DNA from: Tagaea sp.
GTDB taxonomy: Bacteria > Pseudomonadota > Alphaproteobacteria > CACIAM-22H2
Direction: 5' to 3'
NCBI GenBank assembly: GCA_041917215.1
Contig: JAYRYC010000002.1
Location: 337,334 to 401,333 of the forward strand
Length of the DNA stretch: 64,000 nt
Under the pieces are notes generated by a model that worked only from the letters and a program-made list of their open reading frames with translations, did no database searches and was not told the origin of the DNA. Each line of letters begins with the position of its first letter. The stretch's first letter is position 1. This document shows positions 19,544 to 29,042 of this stretch, piece after piece. The position numbers and the translations under genes are program-made.

Positions 19544-19863
19544 GCTTCCTCGCCGTCCTCTTCCTTGAGGTCGGCGAGTTTGAGGACGAGTTCCTCCTCG
19601 CCGATCACGTCCTTGGCGACCATGATTTCGGCGACCGCGTGGATCCATTTTTCGTAATAGAGCGCGCGGTCGTATTCGTCCGCCGGCATCGCCTCGATCG
19701 AATTGCGCATTTCGTCGACGCGCATCAGCGCGCGCGAGGGATGGGACAGAAGACTGACCAGCGCGTCGACGCGTTTGTCGAATTCCGACAATTCGTGTTC
19801 CGCGCGGTCGATCGGTTGCGAGGCGAACGGCTCGACGCCGCCCATGTCGTGATGGGATCTCAT
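19540..19863 (-). CDS. nitrile hydratase beta subunit, N-terminal half (separate ORF)
   Basis: MRSHHDMGGVEPF...YYEKWIHAV matches the NHase beta N-terminus (MNGxHDxGG). 107 aa. Confidence 0.65.
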   Translation of the reverse strand: MRSHHDMGGVEPFASQPIDRAEHELSEFDKRVDALVSLLSHPSRALMRVDEMRNSIEAMPADEYDRALYYEKWIHAVAEIMVAKDVIGEEELVLKLADLKEEDGEEA

Positions 19864-19876
19864 AGCCCCAAGACTA

Positions 19877-20599
19877 TCAGAACAACCCCATCGACTTGAA
19901 GCTGGTATGACCGCGCCTTCCGACCACGACGTGGTCGTGGACGGTCACGCCGATGACCTTCAGCGCCTTGTCGATTTCGCGCGTGATGTCGATATCGGCG
20001 CGGCTGGGTTTGCTGTCGCCCGAGGGGTGGTTATGGACCAGGATGACCGCCGAAGCGCCGATTTCCAGGCAGCGTTTGGCGACCTCGCGCGGGTAAACCG
20101 GCGCATGGTCGATCGTGCCTTTCTGGTGGATCTCGTCGTGGATCAGGCGGTTTTTCTTGTCGAGGAACAGCAGGCGGAAATGCTCCTGCTTGGCGCGGCC
20201 CATATCCGCCATCAGATAATCCATCAGCTTTTCCCAGCCGCTGAGGACGGGCTTGTCCGCCGCGTCGGCGCGCGCCAAGCGGACGGCCGCTTCGCGCACG
20301 GCGAGCAGCGTGTCGATCGCCACGTCGCCCAAGCCGTCGACCGACGCGAGTTCCTCGCGCGTCGCCGATAGCGCGTCGGCATAGGTCCCGAAGCGCTGGA
20401 TCAGCGCCTTGGCGAGCGGCTTCACGTCGCGGCGCGGGATCGCGGCGAACAACAAAAGCTCGATCAGCTCGTAATCCTGAAGGGCGCCGCCGCCCGCTTT
20501 GCGGAAGCGTTCGCGCAGACGCTGGCGATGGCCGTGATAATGCGGGGCGGGGCCTTCGGCCACGCCGCCCGGATCGTCGGAAGGGGAGTCGTCGGACAT
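19877..20599 (-). CDS. radC: RadC-family JAB-domain protein
   Basis: HNHPSGDSKPSRADIDITR JAMM motif and an N-terminal HhH region. Start MSDDSP (index 12 of ORF 19877..20635). Confidence 0.8.
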   Translation of the reverse strand: MSDDSPSDDPGGVAEGPAPHYHGHRQRLRERFRKAGGGALQDYELIELLLFAAIPRRDVKPLAKALIQRFGTYADALSATREELASVDGLGDVAIDTLLAVREAAVRLARADAADKPVLSGWEKLMDYLMADMGRAKQEHFRLLFLDKKNRLIHDEIHQKGTIDHAPVYPREVAKRCLEIGASAVILVHNHPSGDSKPSRADIDITREIDKALKVIGVTVHDHVVVGRRGHTSFKSMGLF

Positions 20600-20653
20600 C
20601 ACGCGGGCGATGATACACGCGTATTCGCGCCGCACAACCTTCGGGAAAGCGAC

Positions 20654-21487
20654 TTATCCGGCGAACGAATAGGGCGGGCGGTGCTGGCCGGTCGGGCTCA
20701 GCGTGAAAATCTCGTAGCCCGTTTCGGTCACGGCGATCGAATGCTCGAACTGCGCGGACAGCGAGCGATCCTTGGTGACGGCGGTCCAGCCGTCGGCCAG
20801 CACCTTCACGCGCCAATCGCCCGCGTTGATCATCGGCTCGATCGTGAAGAACATGCCCGGCTGCAAGCGCATGCCCGTGCCCGCCTTGCCGTAATGCAGG
20901 ATCGACGGCGAATCGTGGAACACGCGGCCCAAACCATGGCCGCAGAAATCGCGCACGACCGAGAAGCGCTGGCCTTCCGCCACGCGCTGGATGGCCGCCC
21001 CGATATCGCCCAGCGTGGCGCCGGGCTTCACGACCTCGATTCCCGCCATCATCGCTTCGTAGGTCGTGTCGACCAGCTTCTTGGCGCGCACCCCCACATC
21101 GCCCAGCAGGAACATGCGGCTCGTGTCGCCGTACCAGCCGTCGAGGATGACGGTCACGTCGATATTGATGATGTCGCCGTCTTCCAGCTGCTTGTCGCCG
21201 GGAATGCCGTGGCACACGACATGATTGACCGACGTGCAGACCGACTTGGGATAGCCCTTGTAACCGAGCGGGGCGGCGCGCGCCCCGTGCTTCACGATGA
21301 ATTCGTGGCACAGGCGGTCGATCTCGCCCGTCGTCACGCCGATCTTCACCAGCGGGGCGATATAGTCGAGCGTTTCGGCGGCGAGCTTGCCCGCCGCGCG
21401 CATGCCCGCGAATCCTTCGGGGCCGTGGAATTTGACGGGCCGCCCGTCGGAATCGAGGAGCGGCGTGGGGGCGATAACGTCGGTCAT
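20654..21487 (-). CDS. map: type I methionine aminopeptidase
   Basis: 277 aa. Metal ligands in VCHGIPG, DIINIDV, FCGHGLG, EPMIN. Confidence 0.9.
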   Translation of the reverse strand: MTDVIAPTPLLDSDGRPVKFHGPEGFAGMRAAGKLAAETLDYIAPLVKIGVTTGEIDRLCHEFIVKHGARAAPLGYKGYPKSVCTSVNHVVCHGIPGDKQLEDGDIINIDVTVILDGWYGDTSRMFLLGDVGVRAKKLVDTTYEAMMAGIEVVKPGATLGDIGAAIQRVAEGQRFSVVRDFCGHGLGRVFHDSPSILHYGKAGTGMRLQPGMFFTIEPMINAGDWRVKVLADGWTAVTKDRSLSAQFEHSIAVTETGYEIFTLSPTGQHRPPYSFAG

Positions 21488-21517
21488 TCTGCGGGTTATA
21501 TAAGCGCTCCGGCCGAT

Positions 21518-22213
21518 TTACGCCAGGGCTGCGGTATCCGTTTGCGGGTCGTCGGGGGCCCGGGCATTGGCGGGAAAATTTCGGCCCTTGGCGTAGTCGT
21601 CGGCCAGATCGGGATCGCGGCGAAGGGCGGCGACGGCGTGGGTGAGTTCGAGGGGGGTGACGTCCAGCCCCGCCGCCGCCAGCGCCTGGCCCAGGCCCTT
21701 CAACACCTGATCGCCGATCAAGGCGGGCTCCAGCGGAATGGATTTCGCGGGCTTGGTCGCGGGCGAGCGGCCAAGCTCGTAGCGCGCCTTGCAGAAATCG
21801 AGATCGCGCGAATGCGTGGCGCGGCAGCGATTGGGCCGTACGTCGTAGATCGCGCAAGCGCCGTCGATCAGGAAGGCGCAGGCGCGCTTCTCGGCTTTGC
21901 GCTGCGCGTTCGACTTGCCCAATATCGCAGGGGCGAGCCCGTCGAAGCGCTCGGCGAGTTTCGTGCCGTCGATGGCGCGGGCGATAGCGACCGCCTCGGC
22001 CGGCAAGATCGCGACATGCTGGTGGCAGCACCAGCCGCAGCCGGCCTTGCAGGCGATGGCGCCGACCGCGTCGATTTGGGGGAAGGCGCGCGCCCAAACC
22101 CGGTCGAACACCCGATGGGCGGCGAGGGCGGCTTCCGCGACGGCCAAAACACCGTGACCGCTCGACATTTGATCGGCGGCGGCATATTTGGCGGCGAGAA
22201 CGGTGTCGGTCAT
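21518..22213 (-). CDS. YkgJ-family Zn/Fe-chelating domain protein (CxxCxxCC)
   Basis: CKAGCGWCCHQHV plus downstream Cys (CAIYDVRPNRC), PF03692-like. Confidence 0.6.
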   Translation of the reverse strand: MTDTVLAAKYAAADQMSSGHGVLAVAEAALAAHRVFDRVWARAFPQIDAVGAIACKAGCGWCCHQHVAILPAEAVAIARAIDGTKLAERFDGLAPAILGKSNAQRKAEKRACAFLIDGACAIYDVRPNRCRATHSRDLDFCKARYELGRSPATKPAKSIPLEPALIGDQVLKGLGQALAAAGLDVTPLELTHAVAALRRDPDLADDYAKGRNFPANARAPDDPQTDTAALA

Positions 22214-22241
22214 CGGATAAATATACTAATAGGATTCGATC

Positions 22242-23003
22242 ATGTCAGACCAAGCCCCTACCGCCTGCATTCTGGTGATCGGCAACGAGATCCTCTCGGG
22301 CCGCACCAAGGACACCAATTCCGGCTGGATCGCCGAGCGCTTGACCGCAATGGGCATTCGCTTGCGCGAGACGCGGGTGATCCCCGACGACGAAGCGATC
22401 ATCGTTTCGGTGCTCAACGAAGTGCGCGCCAAATACACGTACGTCTTCACCTCGGGCGGTATCGGGCCGACGCATGACGACATCACCGCCGAATGCGTCT
22501 CCAAGGCGTTCGGCGTGCCCTGGGAAGTGGACGAACGCGCGCGCGCGATCTTGCGCAGCAACTACACGTCCGATGCGGAATTGACGCCGGCGCGCTTGCG
22601 CATGGCGACGTTGCCGCGCGGCTCGGAATTGATCCCGAACCCGATCAGCAAAGCGCCGGGCTTCAAGATCGGCAACGTCTATGTGATGGCGGGTGTCCCG
22701 CGCATTTTGCAGGCGATGTTCGAAGGCATCGCGTCGTCGCTGAAGGGCGGGCCGATCCTGCTGTCGCACTCGATCGTGTCGGAAGTGGCGGAAGGCAAAA
22801 TCGGCGACGATCTGGCCGCCTTGCAGAAGGCGAACGCGGACGTCGATATCGGCTCCTATCCCGGCCAGCGTCCGGACGGCACGTTCCGCAATGCCATCGT
22901 CATTCGCGGCGCCGATCGTGCGCGGCTCAAAACCGTCGCCGACGAAGCGGCGGCGCTGATCCGCAAACATGGCGGTACGCCCAAGGACGAACCGCCGCTA
23001 TAG
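22242..23003 (+). CDS. CinA-like N-terminal (MoaB/MogA-fold) domain protein
   Basis: ILVIGNEILSGRTKDTNS...FTSGGIGPTHDDIT are the CinA/molybdopterin-binding domain motifs. 253 aa (no C-terminal deamidase domain). Confidence 0.75.
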   Translation: MSDQAPTACILVIGNEILSGRTKDTNSGWIAERLTAMGIRLRETRVIPDDEAIIVSVLNEVRAKYTYVFTSGGIGPTHDDITAECVSKAFGVPWEVDERARAILRSNYTSDAELTPARLRMATLPRGSELIPNPISKAPGFKIGNVYVMAGVPRILQAMFEGIASSLKGGPILLSHSIVSEVAEGKIGDDLAALQKANADVDIGSYPGQRPDGTFRNAIVIRGADRARLKTVADEAAALIRKHGGTPKDEPPL

Positions 23004-23020
23004 TCCCGCCGCCGCGACGT

Positions 23021-23107
23021 GCCCGCTTGATGGAATTGGTAGACATACAAGACTTAAAATCTTGAGCCCTTCCGGGCGTGCCGGTTCGAGTCCGGCAGCG
23101 GGCACCA
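23021..23107 (+). tRNA. tRNA-Leu: tRNA-Leu (anticodon UAA), CCA encoded
   Basis: Hand-folded. 7-bp acceptor GCCCGCT/AGCGGGC, D-loop with GG, anticodon stem CAAGA/TCTTG with loop CTTAAAA (TAA), long variable arm GCCC-TTCC-GGGC, T-arm GCCGG-TTCGAGT-CCGGC, discriminator A, CCA. Confidence 0.85.
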
Positions 23108-23141
23108 CGCGAAAACGATACGCGAGAGGGAGGATGCGCCG

Positions 23142-23738
23142 ATGGACGATCAGGCCGCCAAATTTCGTGACGCGCTTCGGTTCATCGAGAATATCGACGC
23201 GCTGAAGAACACCTACCGGAAAAATCTGATTTTGAACCGCGCGCGGGAGGAAAGCACCGCGGAACATAGTTTCTCGCTGGCGATGGCGGTGCTTTGCTTC
23301 GGCGCTTTCAGCGACCGGAAGATCGATCTGATGAAGACGGTCAAGATGGCGCTGTTCCACGACCTCGCCGAAGGCTTGACCGGCGACACGTTCCATTACG
23401 ACAAAAACAAGGCCGTGCAGGAAGCGTCGGAGCGCGAAGCGCTCGAAACGATCCTGGTGCCCATCGCCGGCACCGCGCTGCACGCGGAAATTCTGGCGCT
23501 TTGGGAGGAATTCGAAAACGGCGACAGCCCCGAGGCGTTGTTTTTGCGCGGCCTCGATCGGATGCTGCCGATCTTCCACAACTACAAGACCGACGGGCAT
23601 ACCTGGCTGAAGCACGGCATCACGAAGGATATGGCGCTCAAAAAGAATGCCCATATCGAAGACGGGTCGAAGCTGATGTGGGAGGCAACAAAGGCGATGC
23701 TCGACGAAGCGCAGTCGAAAGGCTGGCTCGCCGCGTAA
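23142..23738 (+). CDS. HD-domain phosphohydrolase (YfbR-like 5'-deoxynucleotidase)
   Basis: AEHSFSLAM...ALFHDLAEGLTGD HD motif, about 198 aa. Confidence 0.7.
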   Translation: MDDQAAKFRDALRFIENIDALKNTYRKNLILNRAREESTAEHSFSLAMAVLCFGAFSDRKIDLMKTVKMALFHDLAEGLTGDTFHYDKNKAVQEASEREALETILVPIAGTALHAEILALWEEFENGDSPEALFLRGLDRMLPIFHNYKTDGHTWLKHGITKDMALKKNAHIEDGSKLMWEATKAMLDEAQSKGWLAA

Positions 23739-23931
23739 CGTGGCGGGGCCGTCCATTGGAAAATGTCGGCGCCGGGCAACGCAATTCGGTCCGGGCTATC
23801 AAGTTGGCTGAGTGCCTGTGCCGAAGGCCGGCCAACTCGAAGAATGTCATATAAAAAAATTTAATCCGCTTGGTTGGGCTTGTGGGACCTCTCCTTCGGT
23901 TGATAATCTCCGAATTCGGGGTGGGGAGGGG

Positions 23932-24729
23932 ATGATGTTTTTACGTCGATGCGTTGCTGTCATCGTTTTGATGCTGTTGGGGGCCTGTGGGCCAGAAGGC
24001 ATAAATGGCTCGGCCCCGCTACCGTTGGTGGGCAGCAAGCATTTCGATGCGATCAAGGTCGGTCGCATCGTCGTTCCGCTGCCCGAGGGCGAGTGGATCG
24101 TGATGGCCTCGGGTACTCGCAAGACGAACCCGGTGGATGGTTCGATGGCGACTGCGAACGACAAGGTCCTCTTGATCAGAAGGGCGACCAGTTCCAGTGC
24201 CTTGTTTGCGGGTCTCATCACGATTGAGACCAACCACGACACCCAGAATATTCGGTGGTTGCGCGACAGCGCCTGTTTCCAAGAAGATTGGATGAGCGTA
24301 TCGAACTATTTCGGTTCGGAATCCGAACAGCAATGCCTGCGAATGGCGGTTTGGAATACGAACTTCCAGTACAGTGCGAACTGGCATCCGGTCGATCGCC
24401 AAGCGATCGAATGGGCCGCCGCAAATGGGATTTCCCTCGCGCCGACGACGTTTCTCGGCGCCCGCTATCGCGTCGTTAGAAGGTCCGACTATCTCAGCGT
24501 CATCTATTACCGGACCAACGACGATCTGGGTGTCTTGCTCGGAAACTGGTGGCATCCCGTGGAACGCCAGAAGCGTCCGCCATTCGAAAAGGCTTATCAG
24601 GAATTTTTGAGCTGGGCGAAGGCCTGGGAGGCGCGCGTGATCGCCGGTGTCGAAGGTCGGCTCGCCCTCCCGTCTTCGTCGCTGCCCGTCGTTTCGTCGC
24701 AGAACACGCGCCCCGCGCCGGCTCAGTAG
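23932..24729 (+). CDS. hypothetical lipoprotein
   Basis: Start MMFLRRCVAVIVLMLLGACG (lipobox LLGAC; index 40 of ORF 23812..24729). No known motif. Lower-GC upstream region. Confidence 0.45.
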   Translation: MMFLRRCVAVIVLMLLGACGPEGINGSAPLPLVGSKHFDAIKVGRIVVPLPEGEWIVMASGTRKTNPVDGSMATANDKVLLIRRATSSSALFAGLITIETNHDTQNIRWLRDSACFQEDWMSVSNYFGSESEQQCLRMAVWNTNFQYSANWHPVDRQAIEWAAANGISLAPTTFLGARYRVVRRSDYLSVIYYRTNDDLGVLLGNWWHPVERQKRPPFEKAYQEFLSWAKAWEARVIAGVEGRLALPSSSLPVVSSQNTRPAPAQ

Positions 24730-24793
24730 GCGCGGACCGCTTGGCTTCTCGATTTTGGCAAATTGAGCGCCGAAAGAATTGAAGGAACTCCTG

Positions 24794-24817
24794 TGCGGGT
24801 TGCATTCGAACCCCGCA
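24794..24817 (+). terminator. hairpin downstream of lipoprotein gene
   Basis: TGCGGG-12 nt-CCCGCA stem-loop followed by ATCTTT. Confidence 0.3.
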
Positions 24818-24931
24818 ATCTTTCCGCTTCGCGGTTTAATTCGACGGCGACATCTGCGCCCGATCCGAAAATCGGCGCGGGTGCGTATGCGCCTCGGATG
24901 GACTCGGGGGCCGATGGCATAAAAGGGCGCG

Positions 24932-25288
24932 ATGCCTTTCGTGCCGATTCTCAGCGAGATGTCCTACATCTTCCGCGCGCCCGACGCGGCGATCGTCACC
25001 TATGGCGCGGATACGCCCTGGGGTCGGCTGGAAGTCGAGGTGACGCTGACCGATAAGGGCATCCACGGGCTCGAAGTCTTCCACCAGTCGAACAAGGGCG
25101 GGCGCGCCCCGTTCCGTCCGTCGGTCGACGAAGCCTTCCATTGGACCACGCTGGAGCCCGAGCAAGCGGCGCTGTTCGCGGCGACGGGCGCGTCGCGCTA
25201 TTTGGAACTGCGTAGCGAAGCGGGCGAGGCGACGATCGACGCCGCCGCGTTCCAGCGCTTGCTCGCGGAATTGATGGCGAAGCGTTAG
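24932..25288 (+). CDS. hypothetical protein
   Basis: 118 aa ORF, no recognisable motif. 3' end overlaps the convergent rimO by 4 nt. Confidence 0.35.
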   Translation: MPFVPILSEMSYIFRAPDAAIVTYGADTPWGRLEVEVTLTDKGIHGLEVFHQSNKGGRAPFRPSVDEAFHWTTLEPEQAALFAATGASRYLELRSEAGEATIDAAAFQRLLAELMAKR

Positions 25289-26637
25289 ATCGCGGTGGCG
25301 TGCAGGTCGTAGGCGTCGGCTTTGTCGACGCGCACTTTCAGGAATTCGCCCGCGCGCGCCGCCTTGGCGTTCTTGACCTTGACCACGCCGTCGATCTCGG
25401 GCGCATCGGCCTTCGAGCGCGCGACCGCGACACCCTTCTTGGCGTCGACATGGTCGACCAGCACATCCATCTCGCGGCCGACGAAACGCTTCAAGCGCGC
25501 GGCCGAAATTTTCTGCTGGGCGGCCATCAGCCGATGCCAGCGCTCCTCTTTGACTTCCTCGGGCACGGCGCCGGGAAGATCGTTCGCTTTGGCGCCCTCG
25601 ACCGGCTCGAACTTGAAGCAGCCCACGCGGTCGAGCTGCGCTTCGTCGAGCCAGTCGAGCATGATCTGGAAGTCGGCTTCGGTCTCGCCGGGGAAGCCGA
25701 CGATGAAGGTCGAGCGCACGGTCATGTCGGGCACGTCGCGGCGCCATTGGGCGATGCGGCCCAGCGTCTTCTCGCCATGCGCCGGGCGCTTCATCGCCTT
25801 CAGCACCGACGGGCTCGCGTGCTGGAACGGGATGTCGAGATAGGGAAGGATTTTGCCTTCCGCCATCAGCGGGATCACGTCGTCGACATGCGGATAGGGG
25901 TAGACGTAGTGCAAACGCACCCACACGCCGAGTTCACCCAGCGCGGCGGCGAGATCCGTCATGTGTGCGCGCACTTGGCGGCGGCGCCATGGGCTTTCGG
26001 CATGGCGCAGATCGACGCCATAGGCCGACGTGTCCTGGCTGATGACCAGAAGTTCGCGCACGCCGGCGAGCGCCAGGCGTTCGGCTTCGATCATCACTTC
26101 GCCCGCGGGCCGCGAGACGAGTTTGCCGCGCATCGACGGGATGATGCAGAAGCTGCAGGAATGATTGCAGCCTTCCGAGATTTTCAAATACGCGTAATGG
26201 CGCGGCGTCAGGCGCAAGCCCTGCGGCGGCACGAGATCGACATAGGGATCGTGGACCGGAGGTACTGCCGCGTGCACGGCTTCGACCACGCGCTCGTATT
26301 GATGGGGGCCCGAAACCGAGAGCACCTTGGGGTGCGTTTCCTTGATGAGGCCGCTATCCGCACCCAGGCAGCCGGTGACGATGACTTTGCCGTTTTCGCG
26401 CAGCGCCTCGCCGATCGCGTCGAGCGATTCCTGGCGCGCGCTGTCGAGAAAGCCGCAGGTGTTCACGATGACGGCGTCGGCCCCGGCATAGTCGGGCGCG
26501 ATCTCGTAGCCCTGGCTGCGCAGCTTGGTGAGGATCCGTTCGGAATCCACCAGCGCCTTCGGGCAGCCGAGGCTGACGATTCCGATCTTGGGCGCGGCCT
26601 TGGCGGGGGCGGCTTTGGTGCGGGTTGCGGCAGTCAT
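25285..26637 (-). CDS. rimO: ribosomal protein S12 methylthiotransferase RimO
   Basis: Start MTAATRTK (index 49 of ORF 25285..26784). MTTase N-domain, radical-SAM CNHSCSFC and a TRAM domain. Confidence 0.85.
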   Translation of the reverse strand: MTAATRTKAAPAKAAPKIGIVSLGCPKALVDSERILTKLRSQGYEIAPDYAGADAVIVNTCGFLDSARQESLDAIGEALRENGKVIVTGCLGADSGLIKETHPKVLSVSGPHQYERVVEAVHAAVPPVHDPYVDLVPPQGLRLTPRHYAYLKISEGCNHSCSFCIIPSMRGKLVSRPAGEVMIEAERLALAGVRELLVISQDTSAYGVDLRHAESPWRRRQVRAHMTDLAAALGELGVWVRLHYVYPYPHVDDVIPLMAEGKILPYLDIPFQHASPSVLKAMKRPAHGEKTLGRIAQWRRDVPDMTVRSTFIVGFPGETEADFQIMLDWLDEAQLDRVGCFKFEPVEGAKANDLPGAVPEEVKEERWHRLMAAQQKISAARLKRFVGREMDVLVDHVDAKKGVAVARSKADAPEIDGVVKVKNAKAARAGEFLKVRVDKADAYDLHATAI

Positions 26638-26736
26638 GGGGCGCTCATATAGGCCCTCGGCGTCGTTTAGACCAGCCCGGCCCGCGCGGGTTTGTCGCAG
26701 GCGGCCAAGCGTGGGCGGCGGGTGTAGAATAACGCC

Positions 26737-27057
26737 ATGCCGCCCAATCGCATCGGACCCATTCTGCTGTTCCTCGCCGGTCATATGCTGATCGGCATCG
26801 CCGTCGGCTGGGCGATCCTGGGCGCGCTCCTGTGGTTCGACATCGGCGGCCTATGGCGCCTGATCGGCGGTTCCGCGCATATAGGCATCGTCATGACGAT
26901 GCTGCTGATCGCTTTTGCGGTCACCTTCGGCAGCGTGGCGATGGGCAGCGCCATCATGGCGCTGGAGGAGGACCGCAAAGGGCCCGGCGGAAAAGGCTTC
27001 CGCGTGCGCCTGCTGCGCCGCCTGGATGGCCGGAGCGTTCCCGAAACCGCGCTCTAA
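26737..27057 (+). CDS. small hypothetical membrane protein
   Basis: 106 aa, 3 predicted TM helices. Confidence 0.4.
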   Translation: MPPNRIGPILLFLAGHMLIGIAVGWAILGALLWFDIGGLWRLIGGSAHIGIVMTMLLIAFAVTFGSVAMGSAIMALEEDRKGPGGKGFRVRLLRRLDGRSVPETAL

Positions 27058-27064
27058 AATGAAA

Positions 27065-27134
27065 GACCCCGGCGCGGGGGCGCCGGGGCCCAAGTCCATA
27101 AAATGAATGACCCCGGCGCGGGGGCGCCGGGGTC
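27065..27134. repeat. two tandem copies of a 26-bp GC-rich hairpin (bidirectional terminator-like)
   Basis: GACCCCGGCGC-GGGG-GCGCCGGGG(C/T)C at 27065-27090 and 27109-27134, separated by an 18-nt AT-rich spacer. Lies between convergent genes. Confidence 0.5.
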
Positions 27135-27284
27135 TGGTGGCAATCCGATCGAGGGGGGAGGATCGGATTACATGCGCTCGTGCCGGGGGAGTGCGCGAGC
27201 ATGAACGTAGATATGGGTTTCGTTTGCCTCTCGGCAAGGGGGTAAATCGGAAAATCTCTGGAATATCAGTTATTTCACTCTGTA

Positions 27285-28301
27285 TTAGTGTATTTCAAAA
27301 ATACCCCAGCCGGCCGAATTGGGCCGCGACCCGAGCCGCTTCAGATGCAGCGGACGGCCGTAGATTTCCCAGATTTTCAGGCATTCCTCGAACGCCATCG
27401 AGCCGTCGCCGCCCCACACCATGTAATGCGTGCCGGCGGGCAATTCGCGCAACGCCGCGTCGACGCGTTTCACCCAAAAATCGCGATGCGATTCCGAGGT
27501 GCGCGACAGCGGCAGCCAGCGATTTTCCATCAGCGAATGCACGAGCTGATCGTCGATCGTGTATTCGTCCAAACCGCGCGTCGGCGGATTGACGGCGGCG
27601 AAGCACGGCACGCGCGGCTTCAAGCGCTTGGCGAGGTCCTTCATGTCGCCGACATGTAGCGCCGTGCGCTTGGGGCCCAGCACGTCGATCGCGGCGTTGA
27701 GCTCGCGCACATGCGCCGCCAACACGCTGGCGGGTTTCGCTTCGCGCGCGAGATAGGGTTTCCAATCGACGTCCTTGATCGCGCGCAATTGCTTGGGGTC
27801 GTGGGTGTAGAGAATCTCGAACCCGTCGACCATCGACGGCGCGAAGCCCAACGCCCAGCGCACGGCGAGATAGCGCAACCCGTCGCGTTCGGCCGCCGGC
27901 ACGTCGGCGTGATAAAGCCGGTCGAACACGTCGCAGACCGGCTCGGTCAGATAATCGCAGGCGAAATGGAAGGTCGGCACATGCGCCAGCAGCTTCGGTC
28001 GTTTGGCCGATAGCAGCGACGCGACGCGTTTGGCGTCGATCTTCTTGGCGCCGAACAGGAAGCGCGCGGCGAGATGCGAGCGCGGAGCGGCATCATTGAC
28101 CGTCAGCTTGCGCGCACCGGCGGCGGCGAACGCCATCGGCATCAGGCACGAGCCGGAGGTGAAGTCGATCATTTCCAGCTTCGGCCAGCGCTCCATCGGC
28201 ACGATGGCGGCGTAGGCCTTCAGGATCGACGGCACGTAATCGGCGATCGTGCCGTCGAGCGGCAGCATCGCCTTGCGGAGAATCTCGTATGGGATCGTCA
28301 T
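27285..28301 (-). CDS. hypothetical protein with methyltransferase-like motifs (FxGxG-like ... NPP)
   Basis: 338 aa from the internal Met MTIPYEIL (index 149 of ORF 27285..28748). The ORF N-terminus overlaps the rhomboid gene in another frame. LEMIDFTSGSC...TVNDAAP and CFAAVNPPT resemble amino-methyltransferase motifs I and IV. Weak, no family assignment. Confidence 0.5.
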   Translation of the reverse strand: MTIPYEILRKAMLPLDGTIADYVPSILKAYAAIVPMERWPKLEMIDFTSGSCLMPMAFAAAGARKLTVNDAAPRSHLAARFLFGAKKIDAKRVASLLSAKRPKLLAHVPTFHFACDYLTEPVCDVFDRLYHADVPAAERDGLRYLAVRWALGFAPSMVDGFEILYTHDPKQLRAIKDVDWKPYLAREAKPASVLAAHVRELNAAIDVLGPKRTALHVGDMKDLAKRLKPRVPCFAAVNPPTRGLDEYTIDDQLVHSLMENRWLPLSRTSESHRDFWVKRVDAALRELPAGTHYMVWGGDGSMAFEECLKIWEIYGRPLHLKRLGSRPNSAGWGIFEIH

Positions 28302-28921
28302 GCGGGTCTGCCTGCGAAAAAGCGATAAAGCACGAGCCCCGCGACGAAGCCGCCGATATGCGCGACCCAAGCGACCGAAGCGCCCTGCACGAGCTGGTTG
28401 GAGAAGAGATCGGGCAGTGTGAAGGCGGCGATCCACAACGCCGCCATGACGAAGATCGGACTGCGCCCCATGCGCCCGCTTTCGCGCAACGCCAGCAGCG
28501 CCGCCGACATCAGGCCCGAGATGGCGCCCGACGCGCCGATCACCGGCTCGGCGGAATTCGTGTAGACGGCATAATGCGCGCCCGCCGCGATCACGCCGCT
28601 CAGGAAGAACAGCGACACCGTATTGAAGGCGCCGATGCGCCGCTCCACGCCCGCGCCGAATGCGGCGAGGGTGACGAGATTGATGCCCAGATGCATCCAG
28701 TCGCCATGAATGAACAAATACGTGAACGGCGCGACGAACGCCGGCCAATCCAGTGGCACGCGCGCGGAATAACGCAGCGGCACGAAGCCGAATTGGTCGT
28801 AGGCGACCCAGCGCGCGTCGTCGCCCAGCAGCAACAGCGCGACATGGGCGGCGAAAACCAGGACGATCAAGGCGAGCGTCGCGGGCGGAAGATTGATTGC
28901 GGGTTCGGAACTTCGTGCCAT
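28298..28921 (-). CDS. rhomboid-family intramembrane serine protease
   Basis: 207 aa from MARSSEPAINL (index 72 of ORF 28298..29137). GASGAISG (catalytic Ser) and AHIGGF (His). ATGA overlap with the downstream methyltransferase-like gene. Confidence 0.75.
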   Translation of the reverse strand: MARSSEPAINLPPATLALIVLVFAAHVALLLLGDDARWVAYDQFGFVPLRYSARVPLDWPAFVAPFTYLFIHGDWMHLGINLVTLAAFGAGVERRIGAFNTVSLFFLSGVIAAGAHYAVYTNSAEPVIGASGAISGLMSAALLALRESGRMGRSPIFVMAALWIAAFTLPDLFSNQLVQGASVAWVAHIGGFVAGLVLYRFFAGRPA

Positions 28922-29042
28922 CTGCGCGACCTTATATAAGGAGTCGGCACGCGCGGACAATCTGCCGCTGGTTTTGAAGCGGCGCTTGGGGCAGAGTCCG
29001 CGAAATCGACGGCACGCAAACGCGCATCCCGCGAACGGATAC

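Noticed and set aside
20031-22477. 688-aa (-) and 649-aa (+) ORFs spanning radC/map/ykgJ region
   Set aside because: Alternate-frame or antisense artefacts of GC-rich sequence. Low-complexity Arg/Gly/Pro composition. The real genes (map, ykgJ-like) occupy the same DNA with clear motifs.
24794-24817. tRNA T-arm-like hairpin downstream of the lipoprotein gene (possible att repeat of tRNA-Leu)
   Set aside because: Loop is 12 nt and the sequence does not match the tRNA-Leu 3' end. Better explained as a terminator hairpin.
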